Shown here: piece after piece, positions 47,628 to 57,835 of the stretch | Layout: each line of letters opens with the position of its first letter | Numbering within the stretch: position 1 is the first letter of the stretch | NCBI GenBank assembly: GCA_040326155.1 | Contig: JBEQLE010000021.1 | Location: 1-58,092 of the forward strand | Length of the DNA: 58,092 nucleotides | Direction of reading: 5' to 3' | Origin: Leptospirales bacterium | GTDB taxonomy: Bacteria; Spirochaetota; Leptospiria; Turneriellales; JAOUFE01 | Position numbers and translations under genes: made by a program | Notes under the pieces: generated by a model | What the model saw: only the letters and a program-made list of their open reading frames with translations | What the model was told of the DNA's origin: nothing | Databases searched by the model: none

Positions 47628-49163
47628 CTATTTTCCGGTAACTGCTTTCACTTTGAAAAAACCCATTTCTTTCTTTAATTCCAAGGCTGAGGCATTTAAC
47701 TCTTCTGATGTTGCGGCTAGTTCTTCTGAAGCGGAAGCGTTGGTTTGTGTCACCTGACTTAACTGGTCTATTGTCTGGTTAATTTGGAGTACACCTGCCT
47801 CTTGTTGTTTGGATGCTGCAGAAACCTCTTGCACCAGACTGGACGTTTTATTGATTTTGGGAATGACATTACCGATCAATTTTCCTGTGGCTTCGGCTTC
47901 TTCAACGCTTGTACCGGATAATTTAATAATTTCATCTGCGGCTGTCTGACTTCGTTCCGCCAGTTTTCGTACTTCACTGGCAACCACGGCAAAACCTTTA
48001 CCCGCTTCGCCTGCTCTGGCGGCTTCTATTGCCGCATTCAAGGCAAGTAAATTCGTTTGATAGGAGATTTCACCAATAACGGCAATCGTTTCCGAGATAT
48101 TCTTCATAGACTTAACTGTCCTCAGAACGGCAGCACCGCCTTCTGTTGCATCTTTATTGGTTTCTTCCGCTAAAATTTCTGTGTTGTTTGCATTTTCCGT
48201 ATTTTGTGTTATTGTTGCCAGTATTTGTTCCAGCGCTGAGCTGGTTTCTTCAACACTGGCGGCCTGCTCACTGGAACCTTGACTCAGTGTTTGAGCCGTA
48301 GCATTTACCTGATTGGAAGCCTGTGTCAGATTTTCGGTATTTAGCAATACTCTATGTATCGTCTCCGATAATTTATTTTGCATGGCATCCAGAGAGATTA
48401 GAAGTTGGCCTACTTCATCTTTACTGGAAATATCAACCGCGCTAGAAAAATCACCCTCTCCCATTTTACCAAATAGAGTTATTGCTGTGGATAAGCGACC
48501 TGTAATCGCTCGAACTAATACTATTGTAATAATGACAGCTAAGATAATTGAAATTATAGTTATTATTAATAATAGAGTCTCCATAATCGTTTGCTGTTTT
48601 TGCGATGCTTCACTGTCTTTGTTTGCAAGGCCTTTCTGGTCATCTGCCATGGCTTTTAGAATTTCTTTAATTTCAAAAGCGGTTGGAGCGGCTTTTGAAC
48701 CCAGTATTTTTTTTGCAAGATTCATTTTTTGCAAATTGCCCACATCATTCCCGGATTTTAAAATATTCATAACTTGCGTTTGATACTTCCTGAAATCTTC
48801 AAACAATAGTTTTACCTGATCGAATCGGTGTATATTTTTCGGGTTTGTCCAGTTTTTAGAGACCTTTTCCATTTCTGCTAAAGTAATATCTATCTCGTCA
48901 TTCCACGCGGCGTCTCTTTCTTTTTTGAATTTTTCTTTACCTAGAAGCATCCAACCTCGTAAAGCAGCCAACGAGTGATTTACACCGTTAATCATCTGGT
49001 TTGTATTTAATACTGTAGGTAGTCGCAAGTTGATAATTCGATTTGTATAAAAAGCGTAGGAATTGATTTGTACAAATGTAATGACCACAAGAAGTATGAG
49101 AATTCCAATTAAGCTGCCAAAAGACAAAGCAATTTTAGTTCTAATTTTTAAATTTTTAAACAT
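47628..49163 (-). CDS. Methyl-accepting chemotaxis protein
   Basis: 2 TM helices, [31 protein letters not shown]. Confidence 0.95.
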   Translation of the reverse strand: MFKNLKIRTKIALSFGSLIGILILLVVITFVQINSYAFYTNRIINLRLPTVLNTNQMINGVNHSLAALRGWMLLGKEKFKKERDAAWNDEIDITLAEMEKVSKNWTNPKNIHRFDQVKLLFEDFRKYQTQVMNILKSGNDVGNLQKMNLAKKILGSKAAPTAFEIKEILKAMADDQKGLANKDSEASQKQQTIMETLLLIITIISIILAVIITIVLVRAITGRLSTAITLFGKMGEGDFSSAVDISSKDEVGQLLISLDAMQNKLSETIHRVLLNTENLTQASNQVNATAQTLSQGSSEQAASVEETSSALEQILATITQNTENANNTEILAEETNKDATEGGAAVLRTVKSMKNISETIAVIGEISYQTNLLALNAAIEAARAGEAGKGFAVVASEVRKLAERSQTAADEIIKLSGTSVEEAEATGKLIGNVIPKINKTSSLVQEVSAASKQQEAGVLQINQTIDQLSQVTQTNASASEELAATSEELNASALELKKEMGFFKVKAVTGK

Positions 49164-49525
49164 GTGGTCCCTCGTTTATTAGTTTTCATTTATAATATTG
49201 TAATTTTCAGCTAATGTCCATTTATTACAATGCTAGCTGTTTTTTTTGCTTTTGAGTGTAAATCGTTAGCAATTAGTGTGAAATATCAATATTTGCGTAT
49301 AATATTCAATAATATTTAAAAATAATCGATGAAAGATGTCAAGGAGTATTCGTTCATTGTAGATTTTCCACTGGTGTTCCATATTAACCCACCAAACCCC
49401 TCACCAAATTGACCTTTTCTCGCCATCTAAAAAAAAAGTTAGTGTTTACTAACCAATTTGTTGCCATATTTTTCGATATGGATTATTATAGTTGATATTC
49501 TATATTCATTTTAAAGAGGTAACCA

Positions 49526-49966
49526 ATGGAAAATATTGCACAATTAATGAGCGAAGAGCATAAAAGATGCGATGATCTTTTTACAGAGGTTGAATCGGAC
49601 GTGGTTGATAAAAACTGGGAAGAGGGCTCTTCGAAATACAAGCGGTTCATGACTTCAATGGTTGCACACCTTGCAAGTGAAGAAGAAATTTTATTTCCGG
49701 AGTTTGAAAAGAAAACCGGTAGCTCACATGGCCCCACAAGTGTCATGAAAATGGAGCATGAGCAAATGCGAGAATTGATGACACAAATTCAAACTGCTTT
49801 TGCTGAAAAAACATATGATAAACTTGCCGGTATACTTGAAACGCTGATGATGCTTTTACAACAACACAACATGAAAGAAGAGCATATGCTTTATCCGATG
49901 GCGGACGAGGTTCTCGGCGAAAATGGCCCTGAGATTGCAGAGCGCTTGAAAAGTAGCATAAAATAG
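49526..49966 (+). CDS. Hemerythrin-like (HHE) di-iron protein
   Basis: EHKRCD, HLASEEEILFP, EHEQMR and HNMKEEHMLYP motifs. Confidence 0.9.
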   Translation: MENIAQLMSEEHKRCDDLFTEVESDVVDKNWEEGSSKYKRFMTSMVAHLASEEEILFPEFEKKTGSSHGPTSVMKMEHEQMRELMTQIQTAFAEKTYDKLAGILETLMMLLQQHNMKEEHMLYPMADEVLGENGPEIAERLKSSIK

Positions 49967-49985
49967 TCTATATTAGTCTTTAATA

Positions 49986-51308
49986 ATGGATTTATCAGGT
50001 TTATCAATGCACCAGGCCCCTCCCTTTCGGGCCGTTTATCGATTTTTTTTAACAGCGCCTGTTTTTATAGCCACGGCTGGAATTTATCTGGCCTTTGGCA
50101 ACAACTCAGTTTTTGATACCCATATTAGTTCTCAACTTGCCGGGTTCGTCCACCTTGTCACCCTTGGTTTTTTAACCATGGTAATGCTCGGTGCTCTAAT
50201 GCAGATGATGCCCGTTATGGTCGGGGCCATAATACCGCGGCCCATACTTTTTTCAAGCCTGGTTTATTACCCCTTTACGATCGGACTGTTACTACTCGTC
50301 GCTGGTTTTATAACCAACGCCTATGGTGTTGAACTGCTCTGGTTGTTATTAACATCTTTTGTATTGTTGTTTTTTTCAATTGGTTTATATGTAATAACCA
50401 TATTGTCTCGTCTATTGGGTTTTAAAGTAAAATCTCCTGTTTTAACCAACTTAAAACTTGTCGTGTTGTCTTTAGGCGCAGCAGCGAGTGTTGGTCTTAT
50501 ACTTGTCTATGGTAAAATTACAGGAAACTTTTTTGCGTTTGAACCCGGAATGCTCTCTCTTCATCTTTACTGGGCTCTTGCGGGATGGGTATTTTCACTT
50601 ATAAATGTAGTCTCGTTTCAAATTGTTCCCATGTTTTATGTGACCCCTGAATATCCTTTATACATGAAAAAGTATAGCGTACCTTTGATTTTCACAACGG
50701 GTATCTTATTTACATTCTCATGGGTCATACCCGAAACCTACGTTACTTTGTATAAAACCCTGGTTGGGGTTGTCTGGGCAGTGGTCGCCCTCTATTTTAG
50801 TACTTTTACACTTATTCGGCTATCAAAAAGAAAACGAAAATTACCCGATTACACACTACTGTTCTGGAAACTGTCTATGACAATGCTCGCCCTGGTTTCT
50901 CTTTTTTGGATAATCGATACCATACACCCTCTCATTGCACGTGAGAAATTTTTTCTTATATCGGGCATACTGTTTTTAGTGGGTTTTGCCGTTTCTCTTG
51001 TAAATGCAATGATGTATAAAATAATTCCCTTTCTCTCCTGGTTTCACCCCGCAGGTAAAGGAGCTATGGACACACCAAATATGAAAGAGATGCTGCCTGA
51101 TAAAAAAATCAAAATTCAGTTTATGGTTTTTTTCGCAGCCCTGGTTTTTCTTCTATTGTCCATATTTTACCCAGCCTGGTTTTTAAAAATTTCAGGTTCT
51201 CTTTTTATAATATCCTCGGTTTTATTATGGTTGAATTTAGTTGCCTGTGTAAAAGTCTATAAAAAATATTATAAAAAAGCGGAAAACCAAAATAGTCAAA
51301 ACGGTTAA
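49986..51308 (+). CDS. Multi-pass (~12 TM) membrane protein of the type found next to hemerythrin genes
   Basis: QAPP..RFF, HLVTLGF..MLGALMQMMPV and YKIIPFLSWFH motifs. Confidence 0.7.
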   Translation: MDLSGLSMHQAPPFRAVYRFFLTAPVFIATAGIYLAFGNNSVFDTHISSQLAGFVHLVTLGFLTMVMLGALMQMMPVMVGAIIPRPILFSSLVYYPFTIGLLLLVAGFITNAYGVELLWLLLTSFVLLFFSIGLYVITILSRLLGFKVKSPVLTNLKLVVLSLGAAASVGLILVYGKITGNFFAFEPGMLSLHLYWALAGWVFSLINVVSFQIVPMFYVTPEYPLYMKKYSVPLIFTTGILFTFSWVIPETYVTLYKTLVGVVWAVVALYFSTFTLIRLSKRKRKLPDYTLLFWKLSMTMLALVSLFWIIDTIHPLIAREKFFLISGILFLVGFAVSLVNAMMYKIIPFLSWFHPAGKGAMDTPNMKEMLPDKKIKIQFMVFFAALVFLLLSIFYPAWFLKISGSLFIISSVLLWLNLVACVKVYKKYYKKAENQNSQNG

Positions 51309-51346
51309 ACACTGATATTTAATTTATGTATAATATACTTAAGAAT

Positions 51347-51379
51347 ATAGTAAGGGGACAGTCAATGCCCCCTTACTAT
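51347..51379. terminator. Hairpin between convergent genes
   Basis: ATAGTAAGGGG...CCCCTTACTAT, 11-bp stem. Confidence 0.65.
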
Positions 51380-51588
51380 TAACTTTGTTGATTTTGTTGA
51401 CTTTTAAAGCCAACAAACCATAAACCACCGCCAATCGCCAGTAGAGCGCCGCGTATAGTCCAACCGACATTCATACCCCAGTTATCAATCCAGGAAAGCA
51501 ACTTGAGTTCATACCCGAATTGGTATAAAAGAATAGAAGCGACACCCATGATGGCTATAAAGCCGCCAATACTTTGAAGATTTTTCAT
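51379..51588 (-). CDS. Small 2-TM membrane protein
   Basis: AAGGAG RBS; LLSWIDNWG..GW motif. Confidence 0.7.
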   Translation of the reverse strand: MKNLQSIGGFIAIMGVASILLYQFGYELKLLSWIDNWGMNVGWTIRGALLAIGGGLWFVGFKSQQNQQS

Positions 51589-51766
51589 AAGGACTCCTTT
51601 TTTTCTTTTTGTAAGTGGTACGACAGATTGTCAATCCTAAAGAGTTTGAAGACGCTTTGTATTTTCAAAAAGACAGGATTTATCGAAGAGTTTGAAAAAA
51701 GCTTTACAAACTTAATACGGGAAAAACCTTATGATGTGTTGGTAATGTTTTTACAGTCAGGGGTAA

Positions 51767-53734
51767 ATGTTGAAAAAAGAGTTTAATTACAGTGTTTATA
51801 CCCATGGGCAATGGAAAAATAAGTTATCTATTTATCTTTCAGAAATTCCCATCGTTCAAATTGAACCGCTATTGGAACTGCCTGCTTCTGAACAGCCCGA
51901 GTATAATGGAGCGCTGGTTGTTATAGAATTATCCTATCTAATGGAAATTGAAGACCGTCTGTTTACCTGGATGGAAAGATTCGGCATATCCCGAAATCGT
52001 CTGGTTGTTATTGTAGACAAAGATAACCAACCGAATGCTATATTTGATCGTTTTAAAGATTATTTTCACGGGGTATTTCCCGCCAGTGGAAGTGTCGATT
52101 TGCTGGCCTATCTGGCTGAAAACGTACTTTTTGGAATAGAGCAAGGGCAAGAGTGCGTTCGGCTCGAAAATAAACTGGCTGGCTTTTACAGTGACATGAG
52201 AAGTCTGACGAAAGTAGGCAAGGCTTTATTAACAGAACGGAATTTCGATGATCTAATCGGTCTTATATTAAACGAAACGAGAAAAATGATCGGCGCCGAC
52301 GGGGGCTCTATTTACGTTGTGGAACCTCCCGAAAAAAAAGGGGACCCGCCTATAAAACTTCGTTTTAAAAAATCTGCTTTGAATTTAGACGCAGATGAAT
52401 TTTTACTCGACATCGATAGAAATTCCATTGCAGGGTATGTGGCCCAAAAAGGTGAACCTCTTTTAATTGAAGATGTCTATCATTTAGACGGCAATGAAGA
52501 ATTCAATTTTAATCCTGAGTTCGACAAACTACATAATTATTATACTAAATCGATGATGTTGATACCCATGAAAAATCATCGTGACGAAGTCATCGGGGTC
52601 ATCCAGTTAATTAATAAAAAGAGTCCGGGAGTTACCCGGTTGAGCTTAGAAGACATGAAGGGCAGTGGGGTCGTTCCGTTTACCGACAACTGTTTTGAAA
52701 TTGCCGGGGCTCTGGCCGGCCAGGCAGCCATGTCCATAGAAAACTATAATCTGGTGAACGAGATTAAACAACTTTTCGAAGGGTTTGTAAAAGCCTCCGT
52801 AACAGCTATTGAGCAACGAGACCCCACAACCTCCGGGCATTCGTTTCGCGTCGCCGAATACACCGAAGCGCTTGCCAAAGCTGTGGATGTGGCTAACGAG
52901 CCGGGACTGGAGCAGACAAAATTCTCTAAAGACCAGATTCAAGAGTTGCGCTACGCTTCTTTATTACATGATTTCGGAAAAGTCGGAGTCAGAGAAAAAG
53001 TATTAGTCAAAGGTAAAAAACTATACACTCACGAGCTTGAGATTATCAAATGGCGTTTTCAGTGCCTGCGAAAAACTGCTGAAAACCAGGTGCTTCAGCA
53101 AAAGTTAGAAGCCGCCAGAAATTCACAGGAAGACCGCTTTGTTCTTTTAGACCAAAAACTCGCAGAAGAAATTGCAGCTCTACATAAAATGGAAAAGGCA
53201 ATAGTTCACGCAAATGAACCGACCGTGCTTGAGTCCGGTGATTTTCAAGTTCTCGAAGAACTTACAAGAAAGAAAGTTCAACTAAACGATGGTGAAGAAG
53301 TTCCATTGATATCCAAAGAAGAGTTTTTAAGTCTTTCCATCAAAAGAGGGACTCTGGACCAGACCGAACGCGCTGAAATTGAGTCTCATGTCACCCATAC
53401 CTATGCATTTTTAAAACAAATTCCATGGACGAAAGATCTCGAAGGCATCCCCAATATCGCCCACTCCCATCACGAAAAATTAGACGGAACCGGTTACCCT
53501 CTCGGAATTCCAGCCGAAAAAATTCCACTACAGGCTCGTATGATGACCATTTCAGATATTTTCGACGCTTTAACCGCCTGGGATCGCCCCTATAAAAAAG
53601 CAGTGCCATTCGATAAAGCTCTCGATATTCTATGGGATGAAGCGGGCAAGAAAAAGTTAGACGAGAGGCTGTTAAAGGTATTTGTTGACTCTGAAATTTA
53701 CAAGAAAACAGAGCATTTGCTTGCCAGACTTTAA
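51767..53734 (+). CDS. GAF + HD-GYP cyclic-dinucleotide phosphodiesterase
   Basis: SIAGYVA/GVIQLINK (GAF); GHSFRVA, LHDFGK and HHEKLDGTGYP motifs. Confidence 0.92.
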   Translation: MLKKEFNYSVYTHGQWKNKLSIYLSEIPIVQIEPLLELPASEQPEYNGALVVIELSYLMEIEDRLFTWMERFGISRNRLVVIVDKDNQPNAIFDRFKDYFHGVFPASGSVDLLAYLAENVLFGIEQGQECVRLENKLAGFYSDMRSLTKVGKALLTERNFDDLIGLILNETRKMIGADGGSIYVVEPPEKKGDPPIKLRFKKSALNLDADEFLLDIDRNSIAGYVAQKGEPLLIEDVYHLDGNEEFNFNPEFDKLHNYYTKSMMLIPMKNHRDEVIGVIQLINKKSPGVTRLSLEDMKGSGVVPFTDNCFEIAGALAGQAAMSIENYNLVNEIKQLFEGFVKASVTAIEQRDPTTSGHSFRVAEYTEALAKAVDVANEPGLEQTKFSKDQIQELRYASLLHDFGKVGVREKVLVKGKKLYTHELEIIKWRFQCLRKTAENQVLQQKLEAARNSQEDRFVLLDQKLAEEIAALHKMEKAIVHANEPTVLESGDFQVLEELTRKKVQLNDGEEVPLISKEEFLSLSIKRGTLDQTERAEIESHVTHTYAFLKQIPWTKDLEGIPNIAHSHHEKLDGTGYPLGIPAEKIPLQARMMTISDIFDALTAWDRPYKKAVPFDKALDILWDEAGKKKLDERLLKVFVDSEIYKKTEHLLARL

Positions 53735-53780
53735 GCAATTGGCTTGACCGAACAAAAAATAAATCAGCTTCATCCTTAAG

Positions 53781-54785
53781 ATGCGTTATTTTATGAAAAG
53801 AATGCTTTTCATGGTAATTACCATGGCGGGCATAATCACCATTACATTTTTTATCACAAAATTACGCCCCGATCCCATTACAGCGCAATCTTTAAGCCAG
53901 GACGGTTTGGCTTCGCACTCGGCTTCACAAGAAGCTATTGAAGAACAAAAGAAAAGGTGGGGTTACGATCAGCCATTGTATATTCAATATTTTAAAGTAT
54001 GGAAATTAATACTAACTTTCGATTTTGGTAAAAGCAGGGTGGACGAAAGAGAGGTTATCGACAAAATAAAAGAAGCCTTACCCATTACTTTAGCTCTAAA
54101 TGTAATTACTATATTTATTGTATATCTAATCTCGGTTCCACTCGGGGTCTATTCTGCCTTAAACGAGAGTAGTATGACAGATCGGGTGCTCACATTCTCG
54201 TTATATATATTATACTCTCTACCATCCTTCTGGATAGCCTTAATGTTGCTAAAATATCTTGCGGGGGGGGACTATCTAGACCTGTTTCCCATCGGGGGTT
54301 TAATCAGCGACCACCACGACCAACTTGGCTGGTATTACCAGATGATGGATTATGCCTGGCACCTGTTTTTACCGGTCCTTGTAAGTGTCTATGGGGCGTT
54401 CGCGTTTTTATCTCGTTTTGTAAAAAACACTTTTATTGAAACCTGGAAATCCGATTTCATTCGCACAGCAAGAGCCAAGGGGTTAACGAAGCGTCGCGTA
54501 ATTTTCATCCACGCACTTAGAAACTCGTTAATACCTCTGGTGACTTTAATGGCAGGGCTACTGCCAGAATTATTTGGGGGAAGCGTTATTATCGAATCGA
54601 TTTTTTCAATTCCGGGTATGGGTAAACTGGCATATGACAGCATTTATATAAATGACGATACCGTAATTATTGCCATTACCTCGATAGCGGCGTTTCTAAC
54701 CCTGTTTGGTATTTTAATTTCCGATTTCATGTATACCCTGATCGACCCCCGAATTCGTTTCGAAAAAGAGGATCAATCCAAATGA
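53781..54785 (+). CDS. Peptide/nickel ABC transporter permease (OppB/DppB)
   Basis: FIRTARAKGL..HALRNSLIP and IESIFSIPGMG motifs. Confidence 0.92.
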   Translation: MRYFMKRMLFMVITMAGIITITFFITKLRPDPITAQSLSQDGLASHSASQEAIEEQKKRWGYDQPLYIQYFKVWKLILTFDFGKSRVDEREVIDKIKEALPITLALNVITIFIVYLISVPLGVYSALNESSMTDRVLTFSLYILYSLPSFWIALMLLKYLAGGDYLDLFPIGGLISDHHDQLGWYYQMMDYAWHLFLPVLVSVYGAFAFLSRFVKNTFIETWKSDFIRTARAKGLTKRRVIFIHALRNSLIPLVTLMAGLLPELFGGSVIIESIFSIPGMGKLAYDSIYINDDTVIIAITSIAAFLTLFGILISDFMYTLIDPRIRFEKEDQSK

Positions 54786-55765
54786 AAATGGGTCTGGTCA
54801 TGAAATTAGCCCTGGCGGTAATCATTCTGTTTTTGTTTGTTGGTGTGGTCGCTCCGTTTGTATCCTCAGCATATCCTTTAGTCATTACACGAAATGACAC
54901 CAGTCTTGATCTTCCCACGAGTCCACTGCTCTACGCTGTTTTTCATAAAAATGACGGTGGCATGGATAGGATCGATTTCCGTAAATTTAGTAAGGAAGAA
55001 CAAATTAGCGCAATGTATACACTGGTTCCTTATTCACCCTATGAAAAAAACCTCGATGAAATTTTGTTTCCTCCTTCGCTGGATCGCTTTGGCCATTACA
55101 TGGGCACCGACGACGTCGGTCGCGATATTGCCGCTCGCATGGTTTATGGCAGTCGCAACTCCATGATGGTGGGGTTGGTCGCCATGAGTATAGCCGTTGT
55201 CATTGGACTGCTTGTCGGTTCCGTTGCGGGCTATTTCGGGGGGTGGGTCGATATGGTCTTATCTCGCTTAATAGAAATTGTTATAACTTTTCCTCGTTTA
55301 ATACTGATTATGGCTGTCTTAACCATTCTAAAACCATCTTTGTTTTACGTGATGATCGTTATTGGTGTCACGGGATGGACTGGCATTGCTCGCATCGTCC
55401 GCGCTGAATTTTTAAAACGAAAAACTCTCGAGTATGTTCAGTCGGCCAGAGTTCAAGGCGCAAGTCATATGCGCATTATCTGGGTTCATATATTGCCAAA
55501 CAGCATGGCCCCCGTTCTTGTGCTCATCTCATTTGGCATTGCCGGCACCGTCTTACTAGAATCTTCGCTCAGCTTTCTCGGCATAGGCGTACAACCTCCC
55601 GAGTCGTCCTGGGGTCAAATTCTCGATATGTCAAAAGCCTACATGGATTTTGCATGGTGGCTCATCTTCTTCCCTGGTTTTGCAATATTCCTGATAGTCG
55701 TTTCGTATAACCTTCTGGGCGATTACATTCGTCGCTATCTTTCTCCTCGTGAACGCCAGAATTAG
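54782..55765 (+). CDS. Peptide/nickel ABC transporter permease (OppC/DppC)
   Basis: GTDDVGRD, YVQSARVQGAS..HILPN and ESSLSFLGIG motifs. Confidence 0.92.
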   Translation: MKMGLVMKLALAVIILFLFVGVVAPFVSSAYPLVITRNDTSLDLPTSPLLYAVFHKNDGGMDRIDFRKFSKEEQISAMYTLVPYSPYEKNLDEILFPPSLDRFGHYMGTDDVGRDIAARMVYGSRNSMMVGLVAMSIAVVIGLLVGSVAGYFGGWVDMVLSRLIEIVITFPRLILIMAVLTILKPSLFYVMIVIGVTGWTGIARIVRAEFLKRKTLEYVQSARVQGASHMRIIWVHILPNSMAPVLVLISFGIAGTVLLESSLSFLGIGVQPPESSWGQILDMSKAYMDFAWWLIFFPGFAIFLIVVSYNLLGDYIRRYLSPRERQN

Positions 55766-55921
55766 AATCAAAATTAGAAATAGGCAGGCGAATTCCAATG
55801 TATTTTTGCGGGGTTAAGCAATTTAACTTGCCATGTGCGCAGTGCGGTATGCTACCGAAATTCATCCAGAGATTATACTGAAAATCGATAGTCCTGAAAG
55901 AAGGTGTGGTGGCGATGGCCA

Positions 55922-56347
55922 TTAAAGCTTAAACGGGTTGAGAATCGTTAATCCTTCAATCTTTTGTTTGTCATTTAAATCTTCAGTAATCAAAATACTT
56001 GCTCCAGAAAATAGAGCCGCCGCGATTATCATACTATCATAATATGATAACTTATTCTTGTGATGAATCTGCAAAGATTTTTCGATAAGATCGAAATTTG
56101 TATTGATAGTACACAAAGGAAATAACACGTCATGTAAATATAATTCTAAATCCTTGTATTTAATTGGTGTTTCAAATTTCTTTGTTGCCACATTAATGAA
56201 CTCTTGAATTACTTGTGTGCTAATATATCCTTGGTTTGTTTCGAGAGCTTTTTGAATTATTTCCTGGGATCTATTTTTTTTATGCAAGTCCTTACTACTA
56301 AAAGAATAAATAAAAATGTTGGTATCAATAAAAAAATTATCTTTCAT
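55922..56347 (-). CDS. PIN-domain (VapC-like) toxin
   Basis: FIDTNIFIY, STQVIQEF, YYDSMI, ITED and NPF motifs. Confidence 0.92.
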   Translation of the reverse strand: MKDNFFIDTNIFIYSFSSKDLHKKNRSQEIIQKALETNQGYISTQVIQEFINVATKKFETPIKYKDLELYLHDVLFPLCTINTNFDLIEKSLQIHHKNKLSYYDSMIIAAALFSGASILITEDLNDKQKIEGLTILNPFKL

Positions 56348-56555
56348 TCATATCATCTCTAGTGAAAGAATGACCAGAATTAGCATAGGATAATTTTTTC
56401 ATAACAGTTTGATAATCTTTACCATTCTCAAAGGGATAAATGTATACTTTTAACCATTCGTTAAAAACGTCATTTAAAGATCGATGTTCTTGTTTTGCTT
56501 TTATACGGGCTTTTTCAATTAGTGTATCATCTGCTTTAAAAGTAATATTCTTCAT
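56337..56555 (-). CDS. RHH-type antitoxin (72 aa)
   Basis: MKNITFKADDTLIEKAR..SLN..FTRDDMNER; overlaps the PIN gene; promoter geometry places the start at 56555. Confidence 0.88.
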   Translation of the reverse strand: MKNITFKADDTLIEKARIKAKQEHRSLNDVFNEWLKVYIYPFENGKDYQTVMKKLSYANSGHSFTRDDMNER

Positions 56556-56561
56556 ATTAAC

Positions 56562-56590
56562 AATATAGCACGAAGATCGTGCTGTGTCAA
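56562..56590 (-). promoter_or_regulatory. Sigma70 promoter with internal operator palindrome
   Basis: TTGACA-N17-TATATT-N6-ATG; AGCACGA-aga-TCGTGCT at 56567-56583. Confidence 0.8.
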
Positions 56591-56773
56591 TAAGTTTATA
56601 GTAGGATACAAAGGTGTACCCCCCACTGTTATAAATGGCTAATTTTCCATAGCATTTCTTGCTAGAGTCCATTCACAGCCACTTGCTCCAGATCTCCGTC
56701 GCAACCAGGATCTAATCCCTGACCAGTATTTGCAACTAAAACATGGAGTCTGTTATGCGAAGAAACGCTTTTG

Positions 56774-57235
56774 TTAATTTGATAGTTTTAATCTATTATC
56801 CGGAAGAAATAAGTTTTTATTTACAACTTTAATTTGGCTATGGTTTTTATGGTGAGGATTAACTAAGAAAATATTTTCATTCGGGACTATTGCGGACGGA
56901 ATTTTTAATACAAAATTATTATGAGATGATAACCAATTAGAACCATAGTTAATTGTATAGTTATGCCATGGGGCTTTATTCCAGTCATTGGGTAATTGGT
57001 CCATTTCGATTTCATCGATTGATTCTTCTGGGAATTTTATCGACAACACTAAGCGATTATGCAAGTCTGACACTCTCTGGCAGTGCACTATAGTTTCAAG
57101 TATTGACAAAGAAATATTTTCCGCAAGGTAAAGAGCTGGAATTCCAATTTCATTCCAACGCCCACCGGCAAGTTCAGCTCCTTTGCCACTGAGGTCGTTG
57201 GAATGTCTTTCTTTTGACATTCTGTATAAAATCAT
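56774..57235 (-). CDS. RES-domain toxin (NAD+ phosphorylase family)
   Basis: LYR, SGKGA..GGRWN, LYLAE..LE, PSAIVP and NPHH motifs. Confidence 0.92.
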   Translation of the reverse strand: MILYRMSKERHSNDLSGKGAELAGGRWNEIGIPALYLAENISLSILETIVHCQRVSDLHNRLVLSIKFPEESIDEIEMDQLPNDWNKAPWHNYTINYGSNWLSSHNNFVLKIPSAIVPNENIFLVNPHHKNHSQIKVVNKNLFLPDNRLKLSN

Positions 57236-57244
57236 GATTAAAGA

Positions 57245-57706
57245 TTAACTGAACTCACTGTATTCAATTCGTAGCAGTTCAGACTTTACTAAATCTCTAC
57301 CCTTGTGAGTATCCATAATATCTACTGGTTTTTTATTATTAAAATAAGGATTCTGTGTTTGTAACCAATCATTTAATCTATGTTTACTTTCATCAAATGC
57401 CTGCAGACCAATAGAATAAATTTCACCAATTTCAACCAATGGCTCTGCCAAATTGACATTAAAATTATATTTGCTTTTATCCAGTTCTCTTTGTAAGGTT
57501 CTTTTCGAAACTGGTAAAATGGATGACCACGTATTTAATGAAAGCTCAGAATATTGAATAAAGTTTTTTGCATAAGTACCTTTGAATTTATTTTTAATGA
57601 AATCTATGAGTTCTGAATCATTATGTATATTATTGACTTCTTTTTCTGGTAATTTATACATTGAGTGCAAAAAAGCATAATTCATAGTCGTTATTTTGTG
57701 TGCCAT
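57245..57706 (-). CDS. Xre/MbcA/ParS antitoxin
   Basis: SKRTLQR HTH; WLQTQN..PVDIMDT..G..LVKSELLRIEY. ATG 57706 fits TATTAT-N6-ATG. Confidence 0.88.
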   Translation of the reverse strand: MAHKITTMNYAFLHSMYKLPEKEVNNIHNDSELIDFIKNKFKGTYAKNFIQYSELSLNTWSSILPVSKRTLQRELDKSKYNFNVNLAEPLVEIGEIYSIGLQAFDESKHRLNDWLQTQNPYFNNKKPVDIMDTHKGRDLVKSELLRIEYSEFS

Positions 57707-57835
57707 ATGACCATAATATACTGACAAATGGCATTATTAACCAATTAATTGTAAAATACCGAAGTTAAAAGCTTTAAAGTATAATAACTATTGAAAACAA
57801 ACCAGACGTTTTTTTGCAGGACTGGTTGATTTTTT

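Noticed and set aside
49986..51308. The missing ccoN for the ccoO/ccoP-like pair
   Set aside because: It lacks the heme-copper oxidase signatures (HH pair, HxH, W..H CuB motif).
54263..54270. G8 tract in the OppB-like gene as a phase-variation site
   Set aside because: Short, mid-gene, in a housekeeping permease; explained by Ala-Gly-Gly-Asp codons.
55818..55833. Sigma54-like TGGCAAGTTAAATTGC on the minus strand
   Set aside because: GG-to-GC spacing is 11, not 10, and there is no downstream gene.
711..55922. The many 60-240 aa alternative-frame or antisense ORFs (e.g. 18240-18707, 38284-38844, 43840-44562, 48313-48783)
   Set aside because: They lie inside well-supported genes, carry no motifs, and are expected shadows of codon bias.
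56556..56672. N-terminal extension of the antitoxin ORF (111-aa call)
   Set aside because: It overlaps the promoter and operator; the recognisable protein starts at MKNITF (56555).
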